From Vicugna vicugna (Eukaryota): a stretch of DNA of 64,000 bases. The notes beneath the pieces are model-generated. The model searched no databases and was not told where the DNA came from. It saw only the letters and a program-made list of their open reading frames with translations. The stretch is from positions 62,001-126,000 of the forward strand of contig PNXW01005888.1 in NCBI GenBank assembly GCA_013265495.1, given 5' to 3'. The position numbers and the translations under genes were made by a program. Below, piece after piece: positions 12,040 through 64,000 of this stretch; positions within the stretch are counted from its first letter, which is position 1, and each line of letters opens with the position of its first letter.

Positions 12040-12500
12040 GTCTTAGGCAGTGAAATCCAAACTCCTTACCAGGCCCTACAAGACCCTCCTGGATCAGACC
12101 GCTACCTACCTCCCCAACCTCCAACTACATTTCTCCGTGTGTCTCCGACGTTTTGATCCCTCCAATAAACCAACCGTGTTCCAGCCTCAGGGGCTTTGTC
12201 TTTCCTGGTCCTGCTTCCAGCAAGTTCCTCCTCCACAACTCCCCCAGACCAGTCTGGCTCCTTTTCCTTGCAGCTCCAGGGTCTTTCCTCAGACAGACTT
12301 TGCTGACTACCCTATTGAAAGTCACCAAGCCACCCCTGCAGGTCATATTATTGCCAACAGCACTATGAAATTATTCCATATTCTTTCTCTTAAAACGAAG
12401 GAAGCTACTCGAAGGCAGGGACGTTGTCAGTATCGTTCACCTCTGTACCCTCAGCACCTAAAACTACCTGGCCCCGGAATGAATGAATGAGTGGAATAAA
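12040..12500 (+). mobile_element. Ancient L2 fragment
   Basis: AAATCCAAACTCCTTACC..GGCCCTACAAGACCCT motifs and a terminal (GAAT)n at ~12478-12490. Confidence 0.55.
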
Positions 12501-12539
12501 TACCTGCAGACTGTCCCCTTGGGGCGTACTCTGGTTTAG

Positions 12540-13220
12540 AAATAGAAGTCAGTTTGTCGAGAGAACGTACTTAATTGCGGTTTTAATCTGTCCGCTGAAG
12601 CGTTGGCCCTCCACCACTCTGCAGCAGGTAACCCTAGAACCCGGGCCCGGTTGTCGGCGCGGAACTGCGGCTGCGCGCGGCGCGGGGAGGGGCGTGGCCA
12701 TCCCGGCTCTCGGGAAGTGGGTCCAGAGCCGGCGAGAGGACGCAGGGGGGCGCGCTAGAGCGGCGCGGCGCGGCCGGGTTGTGGGGAGCCGGCCATGGAG
12801 GACGAACAGAGCTTCTCGGATATCTGCGGCGGCCGCCTGGCCCTGCAGCGCCGCTACTACTCCCCGTCCTGCCGGGAGTTCTGCCTCAGCTGCCCTCGGA
12901 TCTCCCTGCGCTCGCTCACCGCTGTCACCTGCACCGTGTGGCTGGCGGCCTACGGACTCTTCACCCTCTGCGAGGTAAGGCCAGTCCTCCCCTTCCCTCG
13001 GTCGGGGTCGGGGGCTCGGGTTTAGAAGGGTCATTAGGGTCTTAGCGTCGAACCCAGACCTTTCGCCAGACCTGCCTACAATCCTAGGGCGTGGAGGGCG
13101 GAAACTCGCTGGTTCTGGGGGCGCCGTCCCGCTTCTAGACAGCTCTTTTCCTTACGTTTAGTGAAGTTTGTGCTCCTGTATTTTATCCCTCTCGTAGATC
13201 GCTGCTCTGCTCCGTGGTTC
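12540..13220 (+). promoter_or_regulatory. CpG island / TATA-less promoter of PIGH
   Basis: Dense CpG and high GC spanning exon 1; GC boxes GGGGAGGGGCGTGGC (~12684) and GGGCGTGGAGGGCGG (~13087). Confidence 0.8.
12795..12974 (+). CDS. PIGH: PIGH coding exon 1
   Basis: GCCATGG Kozak context; 60 codons; donor GAG|GTAAGG. Confidence 0.96.
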
Positions 13221-16200
13221 CATCCAGCGTGTATCTAGTCCTTGTACGACAGCCTAAAACTTTAACTTCCATGTGCTCCATGTGGTACATACTCATGTAG
13301 TTCAGTTTCAAGAATCCAGAGAACTAAGTGGGCCGTCCTCATCCATCACTCCCACTCCTCGGAGGAGTCACTGCTAACAGCACTTTATACAGCCTTCTAG
13401 AAACTCTTTGCCTCCACAGTTCACACACGCAAATGTGATAGTTCTTCCTAATCTTTTTCAAGACAGTCTAACCCCCGCCTTCTCACAGTCCCTTCCCCGC
13501 CTTTAAGTGTTTTCTAAAGAATTGTGAAATTTTGGAGATGGGTGGTTTTTGTGCTGTTTCCAGGCTCATTCCTATTTTCTGAGCCTCAGTTTTCACATCT
13601 CTAAAATGGAATTTGTGTCTGCCATGCCAACTTTGCAATATTGTGAGAGTCACATGCAGTAGCTTTGTGACAGCCCTCAAATATAAGGAATCATCCTAAT
13701 TGCCCTTTTCAGGATGAATTTAGTTTCATATGCAGTGCCCTGAATTGAATACATTATTCCAGGAGTGATCTGGGCAGAGCTAAGTACAGCAGGGCTATTT
13801 ACTTCTATAATTTGGGTATTGTTCCCAATACTGCATCCATTAGCTTTTTTGCCATCAGAGTATATTTCACAGCGTGGTAATTTAGTGTAAGTATATGCAA
13901 AATTAAGACAGCCCTAATTGTACCAAATTATGTCTAAAAGTTTGTTCATAAATCAATTGAATTGGTTAACTTGCCAGGACAGTCCTTCCCACTCCACCAA
14001 AAAAGATGTAATATATAATACAGTTGAATTTCAATATTAGCCTGAACTCTGGCCATGTAGTCATTTGAGGCGGAGGGAATATATATCCGTTATTAAATGC
14101 CCACTGAGTGCCAGCTGCTTTACTGATTGCCTCATTTCAGCCTTAGAGGGAAACCAGGACTCAGAAAGAGTAATAACTTATCCAGAGTGATGAAGCTTGT
14201 AAGCGGCATACCTGGGCTTCAAATCGCAGGTTTGACTCTGAAACCATTTCTTTTTCACTACTATACTATAATGTCTTCTTGGGGAGGGCTGCTGAGGCAG
14301 TTTTTAAATAGGAGGAGTCTGTTTTTACGCCAGCTCCCTTTCGTACTCCTCTGTCTTATCCTGGTATATCCCGCTCCCCCATCAAATGCCCAGGGCTCAG
14401 AGACCTCGTCTTCCTTTAAACTCCACTGCAACACTTCTTAAGGGCTCTGTGTACCAAAACTTCTTTTGGGGGGATGAGGGGGTTTAATTAGGTTTATTTA
14501 TTTACTTAATGAAGGTGCTGGGGATTGAACCCAGGGCCTTGAGCATGCACTGAACTAAATCACCCCCCTACCAAATTTCTTATCTTTCTTCCTATTCAAA
14601 ACTATTAATCAGAGTAATGGATCTCAGCCAGGATAAGAAGAAATCTGATGAAGGAATTCATTAAAACATGTGGCTTAACTTCTACCCAAGTGAATATTGA
14701 ATTGTTAGAATTTCAGCAGGAAAAATGAAGCGTAAAAAATGCAGGTAATGAAGTTTTGGGTGGGGATTACTTTACTAAAAAGCTGATATGGGTTAAATCC
14801 CCTAAGTATATATTGTTCTTCATCCCTTTTTTCCTGCCAGTTTTTGAATTCACAGTTCTATTAGAATTCTAGGGTTTTTTTTCCCCTTCCTTATTCCAAC
14901 CTGGAATGTTCTTCCCCCCTTCCTTTTCACAGCTAAATATATCTTGTAATAACCACCACCTCCTGTGCACCAATTAAATCCTGCTTCCTTTTAAGTCTTC
15001 ATGGGATATTCCTGTGTGCTTTAATCTATCTCTTGCTTTCTCTATCTCTTTTAATGCTTTCTTAGTCAATTCTGGTCAGTATCATAGTGTTCTCCAAAAA
15101 TATTTTATGTCTATTAATCTTGCCTCTAATAAATCTGTAAGGGCCAGTACTGAGTTTCAGCTCTCTCCACTCTTCCATAATGCTTATTCAGTTCACACTA
15201 TGTACAAGACACTATACTAGATACTAGACATTTAATTAACTCAAAAGTAGATATTTCTGAATCATCAGAGACCCAGTGCATAGATTTCTCCATCCTCCAT
15301 TTGTTAATCAACAATTACCTAGCACAGAGGTCAGGAAACTTTTTCTTTGAAAGGCCAAATAGTAAATATTTTAGGCTTTACAGTTCTCTGCCTCATATTC
15401 TTCTGTTTCTTTTTCCTTCTTTTTTCTCTTTAACAACCCTTGAAAGAAATTGATACAACATTGTAAACTGACTATACTTCAATAAAAAAATATTTTTAAG
15501 AAAACCCCAACCCTTTAAAAAATGTAAAAACCATTCTTAACTCAAGGTGGATCAGACAGAAATGGATCACAGGTCCAAATAGTTTGCAGACCCCTGATCT
15601 AACACTTAACCATAGAAAGGTACTTTCAAGGAAAACCAGAGCTGGTCAGTAGAGTGGTAAGAACAGATTTTGTTCAGAAACTTTTGCAGTGGGAGAAGAG
15701 AAACCTCAGTATCGAATTAGGCTCAATTCTGAATACAGCAGGGACCAGTGGGAATTTAAAGCCAGGAATTAGTGTGTGTTTGTGTGGATAGGGTGCAGTC
15801 AGTGGATGGAAAATTACTAAAAGGAAACATCAGGAGTAAAGAGGGATTCTGGGTAAGCTGATTTGACAGATTTCTTGCTGAAGGCACGCCAGGATGATCA
15901 GATTAAAGGGTGAGGGTCCTCTCTAAACTCATTTAGCAAGATCCTTGCTACAGCTTGTTGGACAATGCAGGCCCAGTAAGGATGGACAGCAAGGTCCAGC
16001 GCTTAGAAGACTTTGACTAGAGTTAGGCCAAAGAGGGTGTCTTGTCAGTAACAGAGATTAATAAAACACTTCCTGCCCTCAAGGAATGACAGTCTAAAAT
16101 TACTGAATTTCTTTTGATTCTAGGTCATCAATGATTTGTTTTGTGTGTGCCATCCTTCTAAGTAATAGCTTTTGGGGGGGAAAAAAAAGAGAAAACATGC

Positions 16201-19195
16201 CAGAAAATGAAAGAAACATATCTCAATAGAAAAACACATTTCAGCTTTAGAAACGTTAAAAGGTTGTAAACTTGAATCAAACAAATAAATACCATTTGGA
16301 GGCCCTTAACTGATTAGTTAGTCATTTCAGCTAGTCAGTCAGCCTTAACACATCAGTCATTCACAACCCAAAACAACTAAAAGAGCCCTAAATGGAAAGA
16401 TCTCTATTATTTAACAAAACAAGAAGTGAGGATGAAGGAGAGCTCTAGAGTGTGTAAGAGGCTCGGTTGATTTTGGCTTTTTCATCTTACTGCTCTTCCA
16501 TCCTTGGTGGACTGTACTTGTCCTCAGCCTAGCTCTCCACCTGGCTTGGCGGAGGCCTTAATAGTTCCGGGCATCAAAACCTCAGCATGAAGGGATCTTC
16601 TCTTCCTAAGATCTCTTTTTAAGATGATCTTCATTTTCCAGAAACCCCTCTAGAAGGCTTTCCCTCACATCTCATTGGCTAGAGTTGTGTCATGTGTCCA
16701 TTTCTAAACCAGTCATTGGCAGGAGTGGGAACCAGTCATGATCCACTCCAACTTCTATAAGGAAGGAGGAGTGGCTGTTGAGTGTTACCTGCCACACTGT
16801 GCTAAGCATTTTCTTACTATTCAGTCTGTGACTTTCCTATGTATTTTATTGATGGAGTCTGAGAAAAGGTCTGAGTCCTTAAGTTGCCGTTTTGGAAGGG
16901 AAAATCTAAGAATGGTGTGATGGTGGAGATTTTGCTGATGGAGGTTCTCCTCCCTAGGCCTATCCATTTGTTGTCTGGATGTATTTCATCACTTGCTTTC
17001 ATAGCACTGCAGAGCCCAAATAAAAGTAATTTCCTCTTCCTCCATGTATGTTCCTCCCATCTGTTCAACTCACAGCCGAATGAAGGCTTTGGAAAAAAGC
17101 CTACAGTTGACTTATTAAACGGCAGAGATATATGAGGAGGACCACTTAGTAATCTTACTGCCTGTATCTGGCTCTCTCTTCAGAACAGCATGGTCCTCTC
17201 TGCTGCCATCTTCATCACCCTCTTAGGCCTGCTTGGTTACCTCCATTTTGTGAAGATTGATCAGGAGACTCTGTTAATCATTGATTCCCTTGGCATCCAG
17301 ATGACCTCATCCTATGCGTCAGGCAAAGAAAGCACCACTTTCATTGAGATGGGCAAGGTGAAGGATGTTGTCATTAATGAGGCTATTTACATGGTAAGTG
17401 TTTAAGTGGTAAAGGTAGGGCATGGGGTATGCCTGGATCTAAAGTGAGTCTTAATACCTAAGGTAACTGATGCCACAGAATTAAACTTAAGGACTCTCTG
17501 TTCTAGTACTTACAGTGTTTTCTTTTTGGCTGGCATGTCTATAAACCATAAAAAGTGAAAGTTGCATTAAAAACACAGGTCTTTTATTTTTAAAGAGACA
17601 CAGCAGGTTTTCATGGATAGGGTTGTCATTTTGTCTTTTTTCAGTTAAAGAATGAGAATATACCTCTCCCTCATTTCAAAACTATCAAGTGTTATCTCAT
17701 TTATGAAAAAGTGTTGAGCCTTCCTTCCCTTGAAGAAAAAGGAAACTGAATTTCACTTAGATCTCTGTTTGGTTTACTTTCTCACAGCAGAAGGTGATTT
17801 ACTACCTCTGCATTTTACTGAAGGATCCAGTGGAGCCACATGGAGTATCCCAAGTAGTGCCTCTCTTCCAGGTGAGCACAGAGTACTTTTCTTAAGTTCC
17901 TTCCCCAAAGAAAACCTCCACCTTTCCCCTCCTCTCTGCACATCCACTGCTCCTTATGTTCAGTGGGAATAAAACTTCTGTTGTCAGGAGTATTTGAGGA
18001 TACTTGAGGGCTATTTTTAGTGAGAGTCTAGTTATTTCAGAAGTTCCCTTCTGAGGCAAATAAGGCTTTCAGAAATATTATGAATTTATGCAAATTTTAG
18101 GAAGAAAAATAAACATATGGCAACTACTACTTATACACCGTCATTCATCGACTTTGATTCTGTCAGTTTACCAATGTGGGACTTTACATAGATGTTACTG
18201 ATTTACACATACTGTTACGCACTATTTTGTGTCTTGCTTTCTAAATTTGCATATTTTCATGCATCTGCAAAGGCCATTATACTTATTATTTTAAATAATT
18301 ATGTCATCATGTCGAATATCAGTTTATTCAGCCACTCTTGCTGGCTTTTAAAATCATGTCCAGGTTATTTTTTGGTTTGCTCTTACAAAGAAAAAAAAAA
18401 CACTTATACAAAAAGATCATAATAAATTATTTTATAGGCATATGAAGTATTTATGCAGTTAACCTTGCCTCACTACCCTTTTTCACAAAGGATTTAAGGC
18501 AGCTAAGCTAAAACCCTTTTGCATTCTAGTTTAAAATTATTTTATTAAAGCTTATGGATAGTTTCATAGATTTTAACGGTGTTTGAGATTCGGCTCCAGA
18601 GATTGGGCAACTTTACCATACTTCTGGGAATTTGTACTTGCTTTTCTATAGTCTTGGCTAACAGTGGGTTTGGCTAGTTTTTAGCTCAGTATGTAGGTAA
18701 AGGAGTTTAGAGTTATTATATTTCTGTATCTTTTTAAATGACAGAGACTTCTCATATTTCCTTGTATTACCTATCAGGATTTTCTCTTGTTTTTAACTGT
18801 CTATCTCCTCTACTAGTCAAGTAGAATCTAGATACTTATTCCTCTTGCCTGCTCTTAGGTGGAGGTCATGAAACTTAGACAGATTAAAAACGGTCTTTTG
18901 AGCTCCTGCTTCCCCCAGTTCACAGCCAGGCTGTGGGCCTGGTGAGAGACTCCTCCCAGCATGATGCTGCGAGGCCTGAACTTCTGCCTCCCTGCATTGA
19001 GACCCCCTGGATGTGGGTGGGAGTTGAGGCTGCACATGGGTGCAGCACCACTAAGCACTGTCTTACGTTCACCTTGACTCTGCACTTCTCTTTGGAATTC
19101 AGAGTGCCAAGCCCCGGCTGGACTGCTTGATTGAAGTGTACAAGAGCTGCCAGGAGATCCTGGCACACCAGAAAGCGCCCTCCACAAGCCTGTGA
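12795..19195 (+). CDS. PIGH: Phosphatidylinositol N-acetylglucosaminyltransferase subunit H (GPI anchor biosynthesis), 188 aa; join(12795..12974,17184..17393,17788..17871,19103..19195)
   Basis: Spliced translation MEDEQSFSDICGGRLALQRRYYSPSCREF...SAKPRLDCLIEVYKSCQEILAHQKAPSTSL* is recognisable PIGH. All introns GT-AG, all phase 0. Confidence 0.97.
14465..14568 (-). mobile_element. tRNA-Ala-derived SINE (vic-1-like), partly deleted
   Basis: GGGGATTGAACCCAGG (reverse B box) and TAATTAGGTTTATTTAT tail; TACCAAA on both flanks. Confidence 0.8.
15326..15596. mobile_element. MER58-like hAT MITE with a small L1 3'-end insertion (~15441-15505)
   Basis: Terminal inverted repeats CAGAGGTCAGGAAACT...AGTTTGCAGACCCCTG; the inserted L1 tail is flanked by CAACCCTT repeats. 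Confidence 0.6.
15624..16047 (-). mobile_element. Solo LTR (MER31-like, ERV1), antisense in PIGH intron 1
   Basis: Minus strand begins TGACAAGACACCCTCTTTGGCCTAACTCTAGTCA, resembling the recalled MER31 start; flanks GTAC/GTAA. Confidence 0.55.
17184..17393 (+). CDS. PIGH: PIGH coding exon 2 (includes hydrophobic segment)
   Basis: CTCTCTCTTCAG|AAC; NSMVLSAAIFITLLGLLGYLHF...NEAIYM; donor ATG|GTAAGT. Confidence 0.96.
17788..17871 (+). CDS. PIGH: PIGH coding exon 3
   Basis: CACAG|CAG; QKVIYYLCILLKDPVEPHGVSQVVPLFQ; donor CAG|GTGAGC. Confidence 0.94.
19103..19195 (+). CDS. PIGH: PIGH coding exon 4 (terminal)
   Basis: TTCAG|AGT; SAKPRLDC...STSL; TGA at 19193-19195. Confidence 0.95.
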   Translation, partial: SAKPRLDCLIEVYKSCQEILAHQKAPSTSL

Positions 19196-19785
19196 GTCCC
19201 AGCACCCAGAAGACCAGTGTTGTCTTCCAGAGGAGGTGACTGCGAAGCCACGTGGCTGGTTTGTCTTCTGTGTTCTAACCCATCAAGTGGACACAGTCCG
19301 AGGAACCAGTATGGATGCAGCAGTGGATCTCCGAGTCATGGAGCAGGTGACTGGAAACCTAACTTACTGTGTGATGTTGAGCAAAGTACTTACGTGTACT
19401 TTAGTGTTCCCCTTGTAGGGTTTTGTTTACTTTGCCAGCTGAGGGGAGACCTTGAAACAGTACGTCAGGAGTAATGTTGACAAAGAGCACCGTGTGAAAT
19501 CCCTAAGCACATTCGGGTTTACTTTTTGTTGAAATTTGTGGAGCAAGACAATGGGAAACTGACATCAGATCTCATGAGAACGATAATTTCCAACTGCACA
19601 GTACCCCTGTGTAAAAGTTAAGGGAAAAAAGCAAGCCCTTCAGGTACTGGTTAGTAGGAAGAAAGGAGTAGTCTCTGTCCACCTTGCTCCTGTGTTCTGT
19701 ACAGGGTTAATTTATGATGATTCTCTTAACAGACAGATCTCCTTCTAAAACATACACAATAATTTCTTGGTTCAGACAGCTGCTT

Positions 19786-19791
19786 TTTATT
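19786..19791 (-). terminator. Candidate PLEKHH1 polyadenylation signal
   Basis: AATAAA on the minus strand with a GU/U-rich tract (ATTATTGTGTATGTTTT) ~25-45 nt downstream. An alternative AATAAA lies at 20246-20251. Confidence 0.6.
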
Positions 19792-19954
19792 GACAAACAT
19801 GATCATGGCATTTCAGTCATGGGTGTCAAGCACATTAATAAATACTCTTGTTAACTCAGCATTGTCTATGGTTTCAGAAACTTCTTTTGCCAAGAGGGAT
19901 GAGATGAAAGGCCAGACAGAAATTTGACTTTGGTTTCCAGATACATTACAGAGG

Positions 19955-20019
19955 AATAAACATGCATAGTATAGAAGCCTTTGCTTATAAGGCAGTTTCT
20001 TCTGTGTAAAGTTAATAAA
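19955..20019 (+). terminator. Candidate PIGH polyadenylation signals
   Basis: AATAAA at 19955-19960 and 20014-20019 are the first canonical hexamers I found after the stop. A U/GU-rich tract (~19997-20007) follows the first. Confidence 0.6.
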
Positions 20020-21805
20020 CTAAGGAAGGATTCCTGGAGGGTTGGGAAGAAGATAGGGTGCAGGAAATAGCTTGACCCCCAAATTCAATACGAACATAGC
20101 TCTGTTCTTGCTTACATTTTCTTTGGGGTCTTTTTTTTTTTTTTAAACTCCCAGGTAGGGGATAAATCCTTATTTGCCTTAGAGACACCCAAGATATTAT
20201 AAAGCCAAAGCTGTAATTTCTGCATTTTACACCAGCCCTGGAGGGTTTATTCTGGAGCCTGTGGGACACGTGACGTGTGACTTGTTCGAGGTAGAAATGT
20301 CTCAGCTACATCCCAAATCCTGAGAGAAAGGCAGGAACAGAAATGGGAGACAGCTGTAAAATTGCCAGCCTGGCAAAATCAAGTTCATTTAGAAGAGGGA
20401 GACACTCTGATGTGCTTTTTTGTAAAATCATGCTTGTCAGTTTAAAGGGTGAGAGGGGAAGCTTACAGTAGCTGAGATGTTCAGAAAAACTAATTCCAGC
20501 GTCGCAGTTTTTGCAGTGTGCAACATACACACACTTTGTTGGGGTTAAAGGCTTGGTGCCTGAATGCTCCTGCCAAACCCATACAGTTGGCTCAGCACTT
20601 TCTTGACAAATGGTAAGACTGCCTTAGAGCTATGAAATAAAAACTCAGTTTCTCCAATGTTGTAAAAATCAGAGTATGAATGAACTCTTTCGTCTTTTTT
20701 TTTTTTCCTGTTGAGGGGAGTGGAGACAGAGATCATCTCTGCCCTCAACAGAAGGTCTTACTTGGTTTTGGAGGATATTGGTATCATCAGGAAGGCAAAA
20801 GGTAAAAGAAAGTTTCCATTTCTTTCACCTGATGCTCTTAAGCTAGGACAGAAATCACATGTGTGCTTGGCCCTCAAAATAATTCCCAGCGCAAGTTTGC
20901 CAGAAGTCTTGAGCAAATCGAGACCCACAGGAGGGGTCTTCTGTTTCTGACTCATCTTTGGTGGCCTCACAGAGCAGCAAAAAGCAGAGTGCATTTGCTT
21001 GGTCTTTAAGGAAACGGAAGCAAGTGACAACCACCTTGTCCCACAGTAGTAAGCACAGCCTTCACTGAGCCCTGTCCAGTCATTAAAATGAGACAGGGGT
21101 CAGGCTGGACCTACCCCCTGCCCTTATACTCAGTTGGAGTAACAGTCCAGTGTGAGAACAGCTTAGTCTCAGCGGAGACGGCGCCTTGTCCTGCAAAGAC
21201 AAGTGCTGCCCCCAGAGGGCGCCGCCGATGCCTGCTCATGTGCAGCAGGGGACGGGCAAAGGAAGTCTATTGCTTTTCCTCCAGCCCTACCAAAAGCAGC
21301 TTTCCCACGTGGGAAAGGAAGTCCAGTTTTAGTGAGTTCTTGGCTTTTGTCAGAGTTCAGGTGAATTGGAAATTTTAGTTCTCTCCTGTTCAGGGATGTT
21401 GGGAAAACTTCAAGTATAAATCCCCACATAAGTACCATATACAATATAAAAAATATTAGTCTCCCTGAGAGGATCAGTGCAGAAAATGCTGACTTACAGC
21501 ACTGATGCCCTCAGTAACCAGTAACAGTGGGCCGTCCCTGTCTGTGTGGAGAATCAGGCAGCATCCAGAGCTCAGTATTCTTGTGAAAAAAAGAGTGGTC
21601 TGGATCCTTAAAGGTTGGCCCTGAAGCACTGTAAGGCACCGAGACAGTAAAGGCTTCGTGGACACTGAAACACACATTTCACAGAGCAAACTGGGGCGGG
21701 TTAGGGGAGGGCTGTTAGACCCATCACAGTAGTATCGTACCCCCGGATACATCTCTCTCATCTCAGAGGCACTAGGTGGTGGTGAGGAAGGGGTAGGAGA
21801 AATAT

Positions 21806-62116
<40,311 letters not shown>

Positions 62117-64000
62117 TTAGCTGAGCAACCTCAGCCAATCACAAAACTGAAGAAATCACAAGAATAACCTAGTTTCACTGTTACAGAAGTGAAAATAGGG
62201 CTCATTTGTTTTTTCATTCAGTTATCCATTTAACAAATATTTATTCATTCAGCAAACATTCATGTGCCAGACACTATTCCAGGCACTGGAGACACAGAGG
62301 GAAATAAGAGAGGTCCCCTTGTCTTTGAGTTTTTCAAGGAAGATCTAAATGCAAAATTACAATGTAGTTACAATTGCTAATCAACATCCAGATAAATGGA
62401 AGCAGGGAAATGGAGTGGACTATGCTGGGGGTGGGGGTGGGGGTGTGTTTAGGGAAGGCTTAATGTGAGTAACAGATTCATCCGAGATCACAGGAGGCAG
62501 AACCCTGGTTCCTAGTTAAATACTGATTCTTTACAACTATATAGATTTTAGATGGGGAAAAAAAATGGAACAAAAATGTAATGTCTTGAATTTCCTGGAT
62601 GATTTTCTATTTAGTTGGGATTTTGTCAATTGTTTTCATCAAATCACCCTGTTTTGGGACAGATTCTCACTCTTTTCTTTTAGGTTATAAAATGCAAACC
62701 AGAAAACTGGTAGATATTTTGCTGTAGCCTCTGGAGAAAACCACAAGTCTTTTTTCGAAAACACTTTACACAAATTCAGTACAAATCAAGTAGACACCTA
62801 ACATATCCCCAGCCAGGGGAATTTACCCAGATGTCTCCTGAACATACTTTAGGAAAAAAAAAAAACTGGGTTGGGGATGAGAAAATGAAGAAGGTTGTAC
62901 AAATGTGCATGTGAGGGGAGATACAGGCACAGAGGACGCACAGAGCAGAGACTGGCTCGAAGACACATCCATCAGCAGGACTTTTAAAAATCCCCCTTCT
63001 AGGGTGCTCTTAATAATCATTGGCAACAACACGGTCTGCCCCAAACCATGACACATTGTCACCCTAGTATCAGGTGATTTTAAGGAATGACTGTTAATTT
63101 TCTAGGTTGACAATATTTTTAATATCTTCTGTTAGAGATACATATGGCTTACAGTTCATATGTATCTGGAGTTTGCTTTAAAAACTTCATGGTAGGAGGT
63201 GAGGAATCGGGTGGAGGGAGATACATAAAATATGTCAAAATATTGATAATTTCTGAAGCTAGGTGATGGGTATACTGGTCTCTCTACTTAAATATATGGC
63301 TGGAATTTCCCATAATAAAATTTGTGATTAAAAAAAATCTCCTTTCCCATCTTCAGGAGACACATGGCCTCAGAAAACCCAGCCACCTCCTATATGTCAG
63401 TGACTATTACCCTGGGGCATCAGTGAGCCTGTCCTTGATGGGTTAACCACAGACACTGCTTCCCACCCCACACTGACTTTTACAGTCTCTTTCTCCCATT
63501 ATACACCACAAATAGCTATTACTTACCGGGTCCTTATTATACGCCAGGCACACGTGGCTTCTTTAATTTTCATGACAACCCATGAGACAACGGGGTGGGC
63601 GCTAGTCCACACCCTCAGGTGAGGGTACTGAGGAACAGAGTTCTGTAGCTAGAAAGTAGTAGGGCTGGGGTTCTCATTTCAAAGTGCCTGTCCCTAGTCA
63701 CTGTATTCCTTACCTACCCAAAAACTGCAAAGAATCATGATTTCACAGCGAGTAAGGCAGACCGTTAAGAATGAGAGAAATAGTGTAAAGGATCTCTCAG
63801 GATCCTGGGCACTAAGGTGAACCTATATCCCAGATTTCCCGAGGCACTGTGGTCTCAAATATTCTGACACTCTACCCTCTCCATAAGCACAGACATTTAT
63901 CACGTGTCCTGACTTTTTGTTTAAAAAACAGGGTCAGTAGACCTGTAGGGAAAGGCCCAACAATTAAACCACTGATGGGCCTGGTGACAGAGTCTTTCGG

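Noticed and set aside
12487..13045. 163-aa (+) and 161-aa (-) ORFs overlapping PIGH exon 1
   Set aside because: Expected by-products of a CpG island. Composition is low-complexity R/A/G/P, and the plus-strand ATG sits in an L2 (GAAT)n tail, probably upstream of the transcription start.

Overview
Mammalian genomic DNA, most likely camelid, judged from abundant tRNA-Ala-derived vic-1-like SINEs. It holds two convergent, apparently intact protein-coding genes. PIGH (+ strand) has 4 coding exons (12795-19195, 188 aa) and a CpG-island promoter. PLEKHH1 (- strand) has 28 coding exons (61900-21806); by my reconstruction the CDS is 4080 nt (1359 aa plus stop; coiled coil, PH-PH, MyTH4, FERM), all introns are GT-AG and phases are consistent. 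Its non-coding first exon is probably beyond the right edge. Poly(A) signals suggest the two 3' UTRs overlap tail-to-tail around 19770-20040. The first ~12 kb is almost entirely transposon-derived: an L1 with tandem-duplicated 5' UTR blocks and an ORF2 collapsed by a large internal deletion, solo LTRs, and nested L1/SINE insertions. I found no convincing novel biological system. The best leads are the ORF2-deleted L1, the sense-antisense 3' overlap, an intronic palindromic MITE, and some splice-signal oddities. Repeat family names come from recalled consensus similarity and need RepeatMasker/Dfam confirmation.
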